53,618 nucleotides of DNA, from the NCBI GenBank assembly GCA_019322735.1, contig JAHWIG010000001.1:1-53618 (forward strand), written 5' to 3'. This DNA comes from Candidatus Woesearchaeota archaeon (GTDB lineage Archaea; Nanobdellota; Nanobdellia; Woesearchaeales; BS150m-G63). Under the pieces are notes generated by a model. That model had not been told where the DNA came from. It saw only the letters and a list, made by a program, of their open reading frames with translations, and made no database searches. Below are positions 18,087-27,462 of this stretch, piece by piece; the stretch's first letter is position 1, and each line of letters begins with the position of its first letter. Made by a program: the position numbers and the translations under genes.

Positions 18087-20398
18087 TAACTTACCTTCCT
18101 CTTTTTTATCTCTCGCTTAAACCATTCATTCCACTCAAAGAAAATTTTCTTAGAATCTAACGTTCCAGTCTCTTTCTGCACTAATTCAGAAGCTAAATGA
18201 AACTGATCATTTGATTTAATGACAAATGGAGCCTCCAGCAAATCATCATCCTTTGTTTCCTCAGCAGCCTTAACCAATTCTCCCTTAATTTTCCCCCTTA
18301 ATTCAATATTCTCCCAAACTGCCCCCCAATCTCCTGCCAATTCCTTAATATTTCCAGCAACCATCTTCAAAACTTCAGATTCGCCATTGATTAATTCAGG
18401 GGTTGGTTCTAAAGTATCTGTTTCAACATTATACTTGAAGAGTGTAGTAAAACCACCCTCAATAAGAGGATCTTCTTCCCACATCTTTCCAACTTCAGTT
18501 ATATCTGTAACCCTTCTAACTCTATGAATTCCATCACCACTCTTGATAGGATTAGCAACAATGATTATGTCTGTTGCCTTAAAACTAGTTTTAGGAACAC
18601 CAATATCATTCACAACCCTATCATAAACACCATAAGGAGAATCAGCATGAACTGTTCCAGCAACAACATTAGCAGATGCCCCAATCCTCATTGCCTCATA
18701 TAAAGCAATTGCTTCAGTACTCCTAACTTCTCCAACAATCAAAGCAGAATCGCCTAAACGCAAAGTTGCCCTAATTCCATCAGTAGCACTTACCTCACCA
18801 CCACCAGGCCTTGCTAAAGCGCTTGCAACCTTCAATGCCTGTATATTATACCCCATTTTTCTCATAGCGATTGTTGGTAGTTCAAATGTATCCTCAATTG
18901 TAATAATCCTATAACGCCTCATGATCTCTATTAATAAACCACCAAGTAAACTGCTTTTTCCAGAACTTCTTGTTCCTGCAATCATCATTGTCCTGGTTCC
19001 ATCAATCAAGAAACTCATCAATCCAGCAGCCAATGGACTGATCATTCCAACCTTAATGAATAAAGGCAATGTCCAAGGCTTATCCCTGTGCCTCCTGAAT
19101 GAGAAAGCAAGTCCAGTAGGAGTTAAAGGCGGATTAGTTGCAGATACTCTTGACGTAGCTCCTGGCAATGTTATCTCAGTATCAAGAAGTGGATTAGCCT
19201 CATCTAACGGTCTTCCACTAATCATCCTAAGCTTAGATGCCCAACTCTCTGCCTCCTTCTTTGTTGGAAGGATATTGGTAACACAATCACCAAACTCTCC
19301 ATGAACAATATACATCGGAATCTGACCAAGAGGGCTGTTAATACTGACATCCTGTATCTGCTCATCCTGCAGCAAAACTTCAATCAACCCAAAACCAATA
19401 GTATATCTTACTAATATGCTTGTTAATTCATCAATCTCCCTTGCCCTCAATCTAAGTCCTCTCTGCTCAACTAATTCCTGTATAAGATCAGATCCAACAT
19501 TATAGAAAACCTGTCTCATTCTTTCAGGGTCTGTAAATTCTTCATGAGTTGGTTTATGCTCTGCCATAATAGTTCTTGCAGTATCAAGAATATTATATTT
19601 TTCTTCAGTAAGCTTAAACTCTGGTGGCATCAAATGGTAAAGATATTGAACACTCCCTGGAAGCTTAAAAATAACAACCTCTGCATCACCAACATTATAA
19701 TTAGCTAATTCCTCTGCATTTTCAGGATAATTAGACATTAACTTAGTGAACATAAAATCAGGCTTAATTGTAGGAGAAAAAATCCTCCTATAAACATCTC
19801 TGTCACCAATCTTATACCCCTTAATATATGGTTTTGCAATAGTTATCAATCTAGTTTTTTCAAGCAGATTAAGAGCATAAGTAATAACCGAAACATATTT
19901 CTTAGAAGCATCAACCAAATTCTTATCAGTTAAACTAAGCAATCTGATATTTTCATGCCTAATCATTCTCTTTAAATCAACATATGCACCAATAGGGTCA
20001 CTCTTCAACAATCCAAAGATAATTCTTTTGACATCATTATACCATCTATTCCCAATAGCCCCTACAGAAGGGTCAGAAATCGCTTGAAATCCAAACATCT
20101 CTTTCTCCCTTGATAACTTCCTATAAAGATCAGCAACCTCCACCAATATCTGTGTCTGTTCATAATCATACTCAAACTCTCTTTTTTGAAAGAAAACAAT
20201 CCTAGTTACATTCTTGACTGAAGCTAATTTTTCAATAGTATCAGACATACAAATATCACTATCTTCAACGGAAGGAACATATCTTAGATTTTCAGCATTA
20301 ATGCTGAGAGTAACTTCAGAACCCTCTCTTAATACCTCATAATCTTGGATTCCACTTGCAGTTCCTACAATTGCCTCTCCTCTTTTTTCCTCAGCCAT
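18086..20398 (-). CDS. Type II/IV secretion-family ATPase (FlaI/PilB/VirB11-like)
   Basis: Walker A (GTRSSGKSSLLGGL) plus GDSALIVGEVRSTEAIALYEAMRIGASANVVAGTVHADSP, which combines Walker B, the Asp box and the His box typical of GspE/FlaI ATPases. At 770 aa it has a long N-terminal extension. Confidence 0.85.
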   Translation of the reverse strand: MAEEKRGEAIVGTASGIQDYEVLREGSEVTLSINAENLRYVPSVEDSDICMSDTIEKLASVKNVTRIVFFQKREFEYDYEQTQILVEVADLYRKLSREKEMFGFQAISDPSVGAIGNRWYNDVKRIIFGLLKSDPIGAYVDLKRMIRHENIRLLSLTDKNLVDASKKYVSVITYALNLLEKTRLITIAKPYIKGYKIGDRDVYRRIFSPTIKPDFMFTKLMSNYPENAEELANYNVGDAEVVIFKLPGSVQYLYHLMPPEFKLTEEKYNILDTARTIMAEHKPTHEEFTDPERMRQVFYNVGSDLIQELVEQRGLRLRAREIDELTSILVRYTIGFGLIEVLLQDEQIQDVSINSPLGQIPMYIVHGEFGDCVTNILPTKKEAESWASKLRMISGRPLDEANPLLDTEITLPGATSRVSATNPPLTPTGLAFSFRRHRDKPWTLPLFIKVGMISPLAAGLMSFLIDGTRTMMIAGTRSSGKSSLLGGLLIEIMRRYRIITIEDTFELPTIAMRKMGYNIQALKVASALARPGGGEVSATDGIRATLRLGDSALIVGEVRSTEAIALYEAMRIGASANVVAGTVHADSPYGVYDRVVNDIGVPKTSFKATDIIIVANPIKSGDGIHRVRRVTDITEVGKMWEEDPLIEGGFTTLFKYNVETDTLEPTPELINGESEVLKMVAGNIKELAGDWGAVWENIELRGKIKGELVKAAEETKDDDLLEAPFVIKSNDQFHLASELVQKETGTLDSKKIFFEWNEWFKREIKKRKVS

Positions 20399-20451
20399 CT
20401 ACATTTTAGTAAAATATATATACCTATTTAAATATTTCTTCTAAAAAGAGA

Positions 20452-20877
20452 ATGGCAAATCCAGAAACAGTACCAGAAAAAAAGGGGTTATTCAGCCAAG
20501 CACCAGAATCAGTTGCTCCATCTATAGATCCAAATATATATGCACAGATAAATGATCTTGGAAGAAGGCTAAGAACATCTGAAGGCAGTTATTCTAATCT
20601 AAGGAAGAAAACACAATTAACGGATCAAAACATGCTTAGCGCGCATAAGCACATAAACATGGAAATAAAGGCCATAAATGAGGATATAAAAGATATAAGA
20701 AGGGATATGGAAGATATAAACGGAAAGATTGGCCAAATAGCAAAAGAATTGCAGATATTCGCAAAAAAAGATGAAGTAAAGACATTACAGAAATATGTAA
20801 CAATGTGGGAGCCGATAAAATTTGTCACAGAAAATCAAGTTGAAGAGATAATAAAAGACATATTATCAAGAAAATAA
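20452..20877 (+). CDS. Hypothetical coiled-coil protein (141 aa)
   Basis: ORF divergent from the ATPase operon. It has a heptad-like central region and no TM helix. Confidence 0.5.
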   Translation: MANPETVPEKKGLFSQAPESVAPSIDPNIYAQINDLGRRLRTSEGSYSNLRKKTQLTDQNMLSAHKHINMEIKAINEDIKDIRRDMEDINGKIGQIAKELQIFAKKDEVKTLQKYVTMWEPIKFVTENQVEEIIKDILSRK

Positions 20878-20946
20878 AAACATAACGAAAGTTTTTTATA
20901 GCCCAAAAAAAATACCAGTAACAATAAAAAATAAAAGAGGAAAGAA

Positions 20947-21588
20947 ATGCCGTTATTCAAAAAAAAAGAGCCAGAACCCTCTCCTACACAAACAACTCCA
21001 ACCGATCAAGTAATGCAATTAAGACAACAAGGCTTAACAGATAATCAGATTATTCAGGCTTTACAGAAAGATGGTTTTGCTTCTGCACAGATTTTTGATG
21101 CAATGAGTCAAGCAGATATTAAAGTTGGCGTAGAAACTGCACCAGCTCCAATAGCTGCAACGCCAGCAGCAGCACCACCAGGTGCGCCAGCAGTAGCTCC
21201 GGCAGGAATGCCTGAAATGGCCCCTCCACAAGCAGAAGATTATGCTGGAAACCCAACTGAAAGGATAGAAGAGATTGCAGAAGCAATCATTGACGAAAAA
21301 TGGGAAGTTCTTGTAAAAGACATCCACAAGATAGTGGAATGGAAAGATGAGACTGATTCAAAGATGTCAAAGATAGAATCAGAAGTATCTGATTTAAGAG
21401 AAGACTTTGACAAGCTCCATAAAGCAATAATCAGCAAGATAGATGAATATGATAAAAACTTATCAGATGTTGGATCAGAAATAAAATCAATGAATCAAGT
21501 ATTTCAAAAGATTCTTCCAACATTTACAGAAAATATTTCTACTCTTTCTAGAATAACAAAAAAGCTTTCTCTTGAAAAATCTAAGTAG
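20947..21588 (+). CDS. Hypothetical protein: N-terminal short helical motif, Ala/Pro-rich linker, C-terminal coiled coil
   Basis: LRQQGLTDNQIIQALQKDGFASAQIFDAMSQ, then APAPIAATPAAAPPGAPAVAPAGMPEMAPP, then a coiled-coil region. An SD-like GAGG lies upstream. Confidence 0.55.
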   Translation: MPLFKKKEPEPSPTQTTPTDQVMQLRQQGLTDNQIIQALQKDGFASAQIFDAMSQADIKVGVETAPAPIAATPAAAPPGAPAVAPAGMPEMAPPQAEDYAGNPTERIEEIAEAIIDEKWEVLVKDIHKIVEWKDETDSKMSKIESEVSDLREDFDKLHKAIISKIDEYDKNLSDVGSEIKSMNQVFQKILPTFTENISTLSRITKKLSLEKSK

Positions 21589-22144
21589 AACTGGCCATAT
21601 ATCTTATAGTAAAACTCGCAATCAACAGCATAAGGATTAATCCCAATACTTTTGGATGAAATAATGTGTTCCATAAATTTTCTTGGAAGCTTCCAGATGC
21701 AACACTTCCTTCTCCTGATTCAATAACTTCTCCTTCCACACCACCTTCCTCTAACAATTTCTGTCCATGAACATTTGCAATTGAAGCAAATATAATTATA
21801 ATAGAAAAAATACCAACCCAAGTCCCAATAAATTTAAATTCTGGGTTCCTCATTACACTCATTACATCAGCATCTGTTGCCCCAAATACTTTGAAAGCCA
21901 TAATAGTGAAAATAATAAATAAAAACAAAAGAACAAACCAAGGCGAAGCCATATTTACGGCTGCAACAGCATTTTTAGATAAAATAAAAAGAAATGCTAA
22001 GGATAATCCAATGATAGCATGAATTCCCTTGTTATCTCCAAATGTCTTTGTTGAACTCAAAACACCAAAAACTATTACCCACACAAGTAAGAAAGGAAAA
22101 ATAACAACAAAATTCTCTAATAAACCAACATCAAATGCAGCCAT
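21581..22144 (-). CDS. Paralogous ~5-TM membrane protein (copy 3 of tandem triplet)
   Basis: The N-terminus VVIFPFLLVWVIVFGVLSSTKTFG aligns with the two upstream paralogs. Confidence 0.6.
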   Translation of the reverse strand: MAAFDVGLLENFVVIFPFLLVWVIVFGVLSSTKTFGDNKGIHAIIGLSLAFLFILSKNAVAAVNMASPWFVLLFLFIIFTIMAFKVFGATDADVMSVMRNPEFKFIGTWVGIFSIIIIFASIANVHGQKLLEEGGVEGEVIESGEGSVASGSFQENLWNTLFHPKVLGLILMLLIASFTIRYMASST

Positions 22145-22152
22145 TTTTTATT

Positions 22153-22740
22153 TTACTTAAAGATTTTTCCAAGACCCTCCCCTATTTTCTTAATGGCTCC
22201 TGCCTTCTCTTCTCTTCCTTTTGGTTCCTTTGTAACAAACCATATAAGGACACCAAATACCAATAAGATAATGACTAATGCTTGTGTATTCGGGTCATCA
22301 AGCCACCAAAGCCAGTCAGGCCAGTATTGGAACCATCCTGCTGATCTTCCAAAGATAAAACCAATAACCAAGAAAGATGCAAGCGCTATCCATCCGGCTA
22401 AAGATGTTCCTGCAATATCAACTTCAGAACCAAATACCCCTACTAATATTAACAACATCACAATAGCGATGAGAATAATAGACACATTAGGTATCGCATT
22501 ATTCATAATCTCTACAACATCCTGTCCAGGAGGATAACTGTTAGTAACATGAGGGATTACAACCAATAATCCAATAACTAATGCTAAAATAACATTAATA
22601 TTCTTCTTATCCTTACCAAATATTTTTACTTTCTGCAGTATCGCAAAAATAACTGCAAATATAAGCAAGAACGGTAACAATGCATCTGTTAATCCGTATT
22701 GCTCAAGACCATAAATAAACTGTTGAAAATCTGCTGCCAT
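22153..22740 (-). CDS. Paralogous ~5-TM membrane protein (copy 2 of tandem triplet)
   Basis: LLPFLLIFAVIFAILQKVKIFG is shared with 22746..23321, and the hydrophobic helix spacing is the same. Confidence 0.6.
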   Translation of the reverse strand: MAADFQQFIYGLEQYGLTDALLPFLLIFAVIFAILQKVKIFGKDKKNINVILALVIGLLVVIPHVTNSYPPGQDVVEIMNNAIPNVSIILIAIVMLLILVGVFGSEVDIAGTSLAGWIALASFLVIGFIFGRSAGWFQYWPDWLWWLDDPNTQALVIILLVFGVLIWFVTKEPKGREEKAGAIKKIGEGLGKIFK

Positions 22741-22745
22741 TTTAA

Positions 22746-23321
22746 TTAACCTCCTTCCTTACTTTTAGATGTTTTTGGACCAGGACCCTTAGTAATAAAA
22801 TACATGAGTAAAATCACTACTATTAACAGGATAACTGAAGCTACAGCATCAGCCTGCCAGTTCTCTATCATAAAATCCCAGAAGTACTCCCACCACGTCC
22901 TTCCATCAGCTACGTGGATTGCATTGAGGAATATAGTTACTATTCCAAGGAACATAATCACCATAAAAAGCATTTTCCATCCGCCCTCAAGAAAAACACC
23001 ATCTCCTTCTTTATAGAAAGACCCAACCAATATCAAAAAGAATATTGAAACAAGCAATAAAATAACAACATGTGAAGACACCTCAGTTATAATCTCAACT
23101 AATTGAGAAGAAGCAACAACCATAAATGAAATCACAAAAGAAGCCATTGCATTGAGGTTCTTCTTCGTATACTTGGTTCCTTCAATTTCTTCTGTACCAA
23201 ATACTTTTGTCTTCTCTAATATGGCAAAAACAATAGTAAAAATAAGAAGAAAGGGCAGAATAACGTCATAAATTCCTATATCTTCAAAAAACTCTAGAGC
23301 TCCTCTAAATGTCGACACCAT
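22746..23321 (-). CDS. Paralogous ~5-TM membrane protein (copy 1 of tandem triplet)
   Basis: Contains ILPFLLIFTIVFAILEKTKVFG. The three genes are separated by only 5-8 nt. Confidence 0.6.
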   Translation of the reverse strand: MVSTFRGALEFFEDIGIYDVILPFLLIFTIVFAILEKTKVFGTEEIEGTKYTKKNLNAMASFVISFMVVASSQLVEIITEVSSHVVILLLVSIFFLILVGSFYKEGDGVFLEGGWKMLFMVIMFLGIVTIFLNAIHVADGRTWWEYFWDFMIENWQADAVASVILLIVVILLMYFITKGPGPKTSKSKEGG

Positions 23322-23433
23322 TTTTTATAAAATATATCAAGGATAGTATATAAAGTTTTCGACTAACAAAGAGATTAAAGAGAAACCTTTAAGATAAAAA
23401 CATTTAAATAACAATAAGGAAATAAAAACAACA

Positions 23434-23841
23434 ATGGGCAGAAAAAAGATACCAAAAGGCCGCGGAGAAGAAAAGATAGGAAAGGGGGAGCTGAACGAAA
23501 TCTTTCAACTTGAAATAGGATTGGTAACTGTTCTTGTTCTTATTGGTTTTTTCTCAATTCTTTCAGCGGTCCTACCTTTAGATTGGGTTCAATTTAACAT
23601 ATTTGGCAAAGATCTCTATGGTCACGCATCAAAGGTCTGTGTTGATTCAGATAATGGAATCAATGCCTTGAAAAAAGGTACAACAAACGGCATTTTCAAT
23701 GAAATTTACACAACGAAGACTGATGAATGCATGGAAAACACTTTAAATGAATACTACTGCGATATCCTGGAATGTCCGTCATGTATCTATGTTAGAGATA
23801 TAAACTGTCCTAATGAATGCATAGAAGGGGCATGTACATAA
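23434..23841 (+). CDS. Small N-terminally anchored Cys-rich protein
   Basis: A basic N-terminus, one hydrophobic helix, then CVDSDNG...DEC...LNEYYC...CPSC...CPNECIEGAC. The stop lies 1 nt before the aspS ATG. Confidence 0.5.
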   Translation: MGRKKIPKGRGEEKIGKGELNEIFQLEIGLVTVLVLIGFFSILSAVLPLDWVQFNIFGKDLYGHASKVCVDSDNGINALKKGTTNGIFNEIYTTKTDECMENTLNEYYCDILECPSCIYVRDINCPNECIEGACT

Positions 23842-23842
23842 A

Positions 23843-25204
23843 ATGTTAAGAACACATACTTGTGGGGAACTAAATAAGAACCACTCAAATAAGAAAATAA
23901 AGCTCTGTGGTTGGGTAGACCAAATAAGAACATTCGGAAAAATAGGATTCTTAAAGATAAGAGACAGATATGGTTCAACTCAAGCTTTCCTAAATCCAAA
24001 ACTAACAAAAGAATTTGGTCAACTAAGAAAAGAATCGGTTGTTCTATTAGAAGGAAAGGTACAATTAAGACCAAAAAAAGATATTAACAAAGACATGCCT
24101 ACAGGAGAAATAGAACTATCTACCGAAAAAATCACACTCTTAAATGAATCTGCAATAATCCCTCTTGATCTTGAAAAGATAAAATCAACAGAAGAGATAA
24201 GACTGAAATACAGATATCTTGACTTAAGAAGAAAAAGTATGCAGAAAAACATATCATTAAGATATAATACTGCAAAAGCAATTAGAGATTTTCTTGACAA
24301 AGAAAATTTTTTAGAGATTGAAACTCCAATTATGGCAAAATCAACACCAGAAGGTGCTCGTGATTATTTAGTTCCAAGCAGAACCCAAAAAGGAAAGTTC
24401 TATGCCCTCCCTCAATCCCCTCAATTATTCAAACAACTTTTGATGGTTGCTGGATTTGATAAATATTTTCAGATAGTAAGGTGCTTCAGAGATGAAGATT
24501 TAAGATCCGACAGACAACCAGAATTCACACAAGTAGATATAGAAATGAGTTTTATAGAAGAAGAAGATATCTACTCTTTACTAGAAAAGATGATGAAACA
24601 TGTATTTAAACAGATTCTTGATATAGAAATAAAAACCCCCTTTCCAAGAATAACATACGAAGAAGCAATGAATAAATATCATACTGACCGCCCCCATTTA
24701 AAGAAAGATACTCATAAATATTCATTTCTTTGGGTGGTTGATTTTCCATTATTTGACTACAATAAAGATGAAAAAAGATTTGTATCAACACACCACCCAT
24801 TTACTATGCCAAAAGAAGAAGATATTGAAGACTTAGAAAAATCCCCAGAAAAAGCAAAATCAAAAGCATATGATTTAGTCTTAAACGGAGAAGAAATAGC
24901 AGGAGGATCTATTAGGATCCATAAAGCAGACATACAAAAAAAGATATTCAAGGTATTAAATATGGATGAAAAAGAATCAAAAGAAAAATTTGGATTCCTC
25001 CTTGACGCATTCAAGTATGGTGCACCACCACATGGAGGGATTGCCTTTGGATTTGATAGATTGGTTGCAATAATGTGTGGTGAAGATTCAATCAGAGATG
25101 TTATTGCATTTCCAAAGAACAAAGATGCAAAAGACATTATGCTTAATGCTCCTTCTTCTGTATACAAAACCCAATTAGATGAATTAGGATTAAAACTTAA
25201 ATAA
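23843..25204 (+). CDS. aspS: Aspartyl-tRNA synthetase, bacterial-type sequence signatures but without the GAD insertion domain
   Basis: MLRTHTCGEL..KLCGWV, NKDMPTGEIE, FRDEDLRSDRQPEFTQVDIEMSF and GGIAFGFDRLV are all present. At 453 aa there is no room for the ~130-aa insertion between motifs 2 and 3. Confidence 0.88.
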   Translation: MLRTHTCGELNKNHSNKKIKLCGWVDQIRTFGKIGFLKIRDRYGSTQAFLNPKLTKEFGQLRKESVVLLEGKVQLRPKKDINKDMPTGEIELSTEKITLLNESAIIPLDLEKIKSTEEIRLKYRYLDLRRKSMQKNISLRYNTAKAIRDFLDKENFLEIETPIMAKSTPEGARDYLVPSRTQKGKFYALPQSPQLFKQLLMVAGFDKYFQIVRCFRDEDLRSDRQPEFTQVDIEMSFIEEEDIYSLLEKMMKHVFKQILDIEIKTPFPRITYEEAMNKYHTDRPHLKKDTHKYSFLWVVDFPLFDYNKDEKRFVSTHHPFTMPKEEDIEDLEKSPEKAKSKAYDLVLNGEEIAGGSIRIHKADIQKKIFKVLNMDEKESKEKFGFLLDAFKYGAPPHGGIAFGFDRLVAIMCGEDSIRDVIAFPKNKDAKDIMLNAPSSVYKTQLDELGLKLK

Positions 25205-25250
25205 ATCTATTAGGGAAATCTTTTTATATCTCCTAAAAATAGGTATCATT

Positions 25251-26051
25251 ATGGCGCTTGAAGACATCATGAAGATTTCTTTGATAAATAATAAACGATT
25301 TATGGCCTTTTTTCTTGGAATTGTTTATTCGATTGTAGGAGTATTCAGCGCACGATTAATATTTGGATCTAACCCAGACATGATGTCTGTTGCATTTGTA
25401 TCTATTTTATTGATACCTGCAGTCAACAGAATACTCAAAGTTGAGGAAGAGATTGAAGCAAGAGAATCAAAATTTTCATTAAAGGGACTCTTTACAGAAC
25501 ATAAAAGCGTCTTCTTGACATATATCTATCTCTTCTTTGGAGTTTTCCTAACATTTCTTGCTTTTGCAATGTTTTCCTCAGAAGCAACCAGCTTATACTT
25601 ATTCAAAAGTCAGCTAAAGGTGGCAGGAATCACAGGACATGCAATAAGTCCAACCTTCTTTACATCATTGTTAGCAAACAATCTAAAAGTGCTTATTGCC
25701 TGCTTAATACTATCATTGATTTACGGAGCTGGATCAATATTATTCATTGTATGGAATGCATCTGTCTGGGGTGTTGTATTTGGTTACAGCATCAAGATGG
25801 GCGCAATTATTGAAGGACAAAATCCATTTCTTACTTTCTTATTAATAATGATACCAGTCTTTCCCCATTTACTTACAGAAGCTCTAAGCTATTTCTCTGC
25901 AGCAATAGCTGGAGGTGTTATGTCAAAAGCAGTTGTAACAGAAAAATGGTTTTCTGAAAGATTCAATCATGTTGCAACAGACAGTCTAATTCTATTCGGA
26001 ATAGGTGTATTTTTAGTCATTATAGCAGCATTACTAGAAGCAAGATTTTAA
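25251..26051 (+). CDS. SpoIIM/DUF95-like integral membrane protein
   Basis: About 6 TM helices, with the pattern LANNLKV...WNASVWG...FPHLLTEALSYFSAAIAGG resembling DUF95. Confidence 0.5.
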   Translation: MALEDIMKISLINNKRFMAFFLGIVYSIVGVFSARLIFGSNPDMMSVAFVSILLIPAVNRILKVEEEIEARESKFSLKGLFTEHKSVFLTYIYLFFGVFLTFLAFAMFSSEATSLYLFKSQLKVAGITGHAISPTFFTSLLANNLKVLIACLILSLIYGAGSILFIVWNASVWGVVFGYSIKMGAIIEGQNPFLTFLLIMIPVFPHLLTEALSYFSAAIAGGVMSKAVVTEKWFSERFNHVATDSLILFGIGVFLVIIAALLEARF

Positions 26052-27379
26052 TTAAAAATGCCCAAAACCCAATAAATTGCCACTTGAGCAACACTAGCAA
26101 CATTAGTGGTGGTTTTAATAAACACCTCTTCAGCTGTCTTTGGTTCTTCAATTATTGTTGGCACCCCACATTTACCAGGAACCCCAAGATTACTAACTGG
26201 ACACTTTCCACCACAACCATTAGGTTCTCCACAACTATGTTCACAACGAGGCTTACATTCTACTGCTGCAAGTAATGGCTTTAACCTATTAGAGATTTCA
26301 GTTACAGAAAGTGGTTGAGGTTTTCTATAAATAATCTGAATTTCTTTCTTAATAATTCCTTCTTTTTTTATCTCTGCTGATTCTCTTTCAGGTTTAATCT
26401 CTTCTGGTTCTAATGGTTTAACAACTTCTTTATCAACACATTTTCCATTTTCACACCTAAATTTACATTCCTTAATAGGAGAAACAAACTTAATAACCTC
26501 ATTGCCAATAACAATGGCATCCCAAATAGTATCTTTTCTGCAAACTAATCTTATTTCTCCTTTCTCTAAAGGACTAATAATTTTATTTACCTTAAGTTTT
26601 TCTTTCAAAACATCCATTACTTCCTTATATTTAAGGCCTTCAAGAATCTTACCCTCAATAACCCCCATCCCTTCATTAGCAAGGATTTCTAATAATGTTT
26701 CCTCACTATATTTATCCCCATCATAAGTTGTGATTTTACCATCATAAGAAGCTATTGCCTGATTTGGTAAAACAAGTAATGGACTGTATCCTAAGAACCC
26801 TATTAATATTTCAAATAATATTTCATTATTTATGACATCATCAATAGTATAGGATAAAGGATCTTCTACTCCTGAATCCTCTAACGCTGTATAAACCTCA
26901 GATTGAGTTACATAGGTTCCCGAAGGGTTAAATACATATGACCCATCAGAAGTCTGCGCTTGTTGTTGATATTCAGACCAATCAGTCTGCATGGTAGTAT
27001 CACCAACCACCACATATTTTGAAGTATCCACTACTACTGTTTCTTCATCTTTTCCGTATACAGAAGCAAACCCAGTGATATAATTAGAAACATGCCAAGA
27101 AGCTTTGCTAAAAATAGATTCATATAAGTTCAAATCACCATAATCATTTAAATCAACATCAAATTCGTCTGCTTTTTCTATCAATAAACCACTTAACTCA
27201 ACTTCATTCCTCAAATCAAGTCCATCATCATTCAATAAAGAAAGAAGAACAATAAATTCATCCCTATCATCTATTTCAGAAACAATTTCATAAAGTGTAC
27301 CAGAATCTTCATATGAAACTGCATTTACAAAAGAAATAGTAAACAAAAAAATAAATAGGAAAATGGGTGTTTTACGCAT
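26048..27379 (-). CDS. Secreted hypothetical protein with Cys-rich C-terminal part
   Basis: I prefer the ATG at 27379 because it gives a signal peptide (MRKTPIFLFIFLFTISFVNA). The ORF extends to 27448. C-terminal Cys clusters are CKFRCENGKCV and CKPRCEHSCGEPNGCGGKCP, followed by a hydrophobic C-terminus. Confidence 0.55.
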   Translation of the reverse strand: MRKTPIFLFIFLFTISFVNAVSYEDSGTLYEIVSEIDDRDEFIVLLSLLNDDGLDLRNEVELSGLLIEKADEFDVDLNDYGDLNLYESIFSKASWHVSNYITGFASVYGKDEETVVVDTSKYVVVGDTTMQTDWSEYQQQAQTSDGSYVFNPSGTYVTQSEVYTALEDSGVEDPLSYTIDDVINNEILFEILIGFLGYSPLLVLPNQAIASYDGKITTYDGDKYSEETLLEILANEGMGVIEGKILEGLKYKEVMDVLKEKLKVNKIISPLEKGEIRLVCRKDTIWDAIVIGNEVIKFVSPIKECKFRCENGKCVDKEVVKPLEPEEIKPERESAEIKKEGIIKKEIQIIYRKPQPLSVTEISNRLKPLLAAVECKPRCEHSCGEPNGCGGKCPVSNLGVPGKCGVPTIIEEPKTAEEVFIKTTTNVASVAQVAIYWVLGIFN

Positions 27380-27462
27380 ATACCAACCAAATCTGTTGAG
27401 GTTTATTAATTTTTTGCTGGTAATTAGAAAAATATATAACCAAAACAAAAGTCTATAAAATT

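Noticed and set aside
18219-19304. Long antisense ORFs inside large genes, for example 18219..18527, 18921..19304, 22193..22537, 30534..30953 and 50981..51163.
   Set aside because: They are fully embedded antisense to CDSs with strong homology or strong structure. Their translations are low-complexity (S/P/L/I-rich), as expected from codon-bias mirror frames.
21130-21240. Local GC-rich island inside 20947..21588.
   Set aside because: It simply encodes an Ala/Pro-rich linker (APAPIAATPAAAPPGAPAVAPAGMPEMAPP). There is no sign of a separate RNA or an inserted element.
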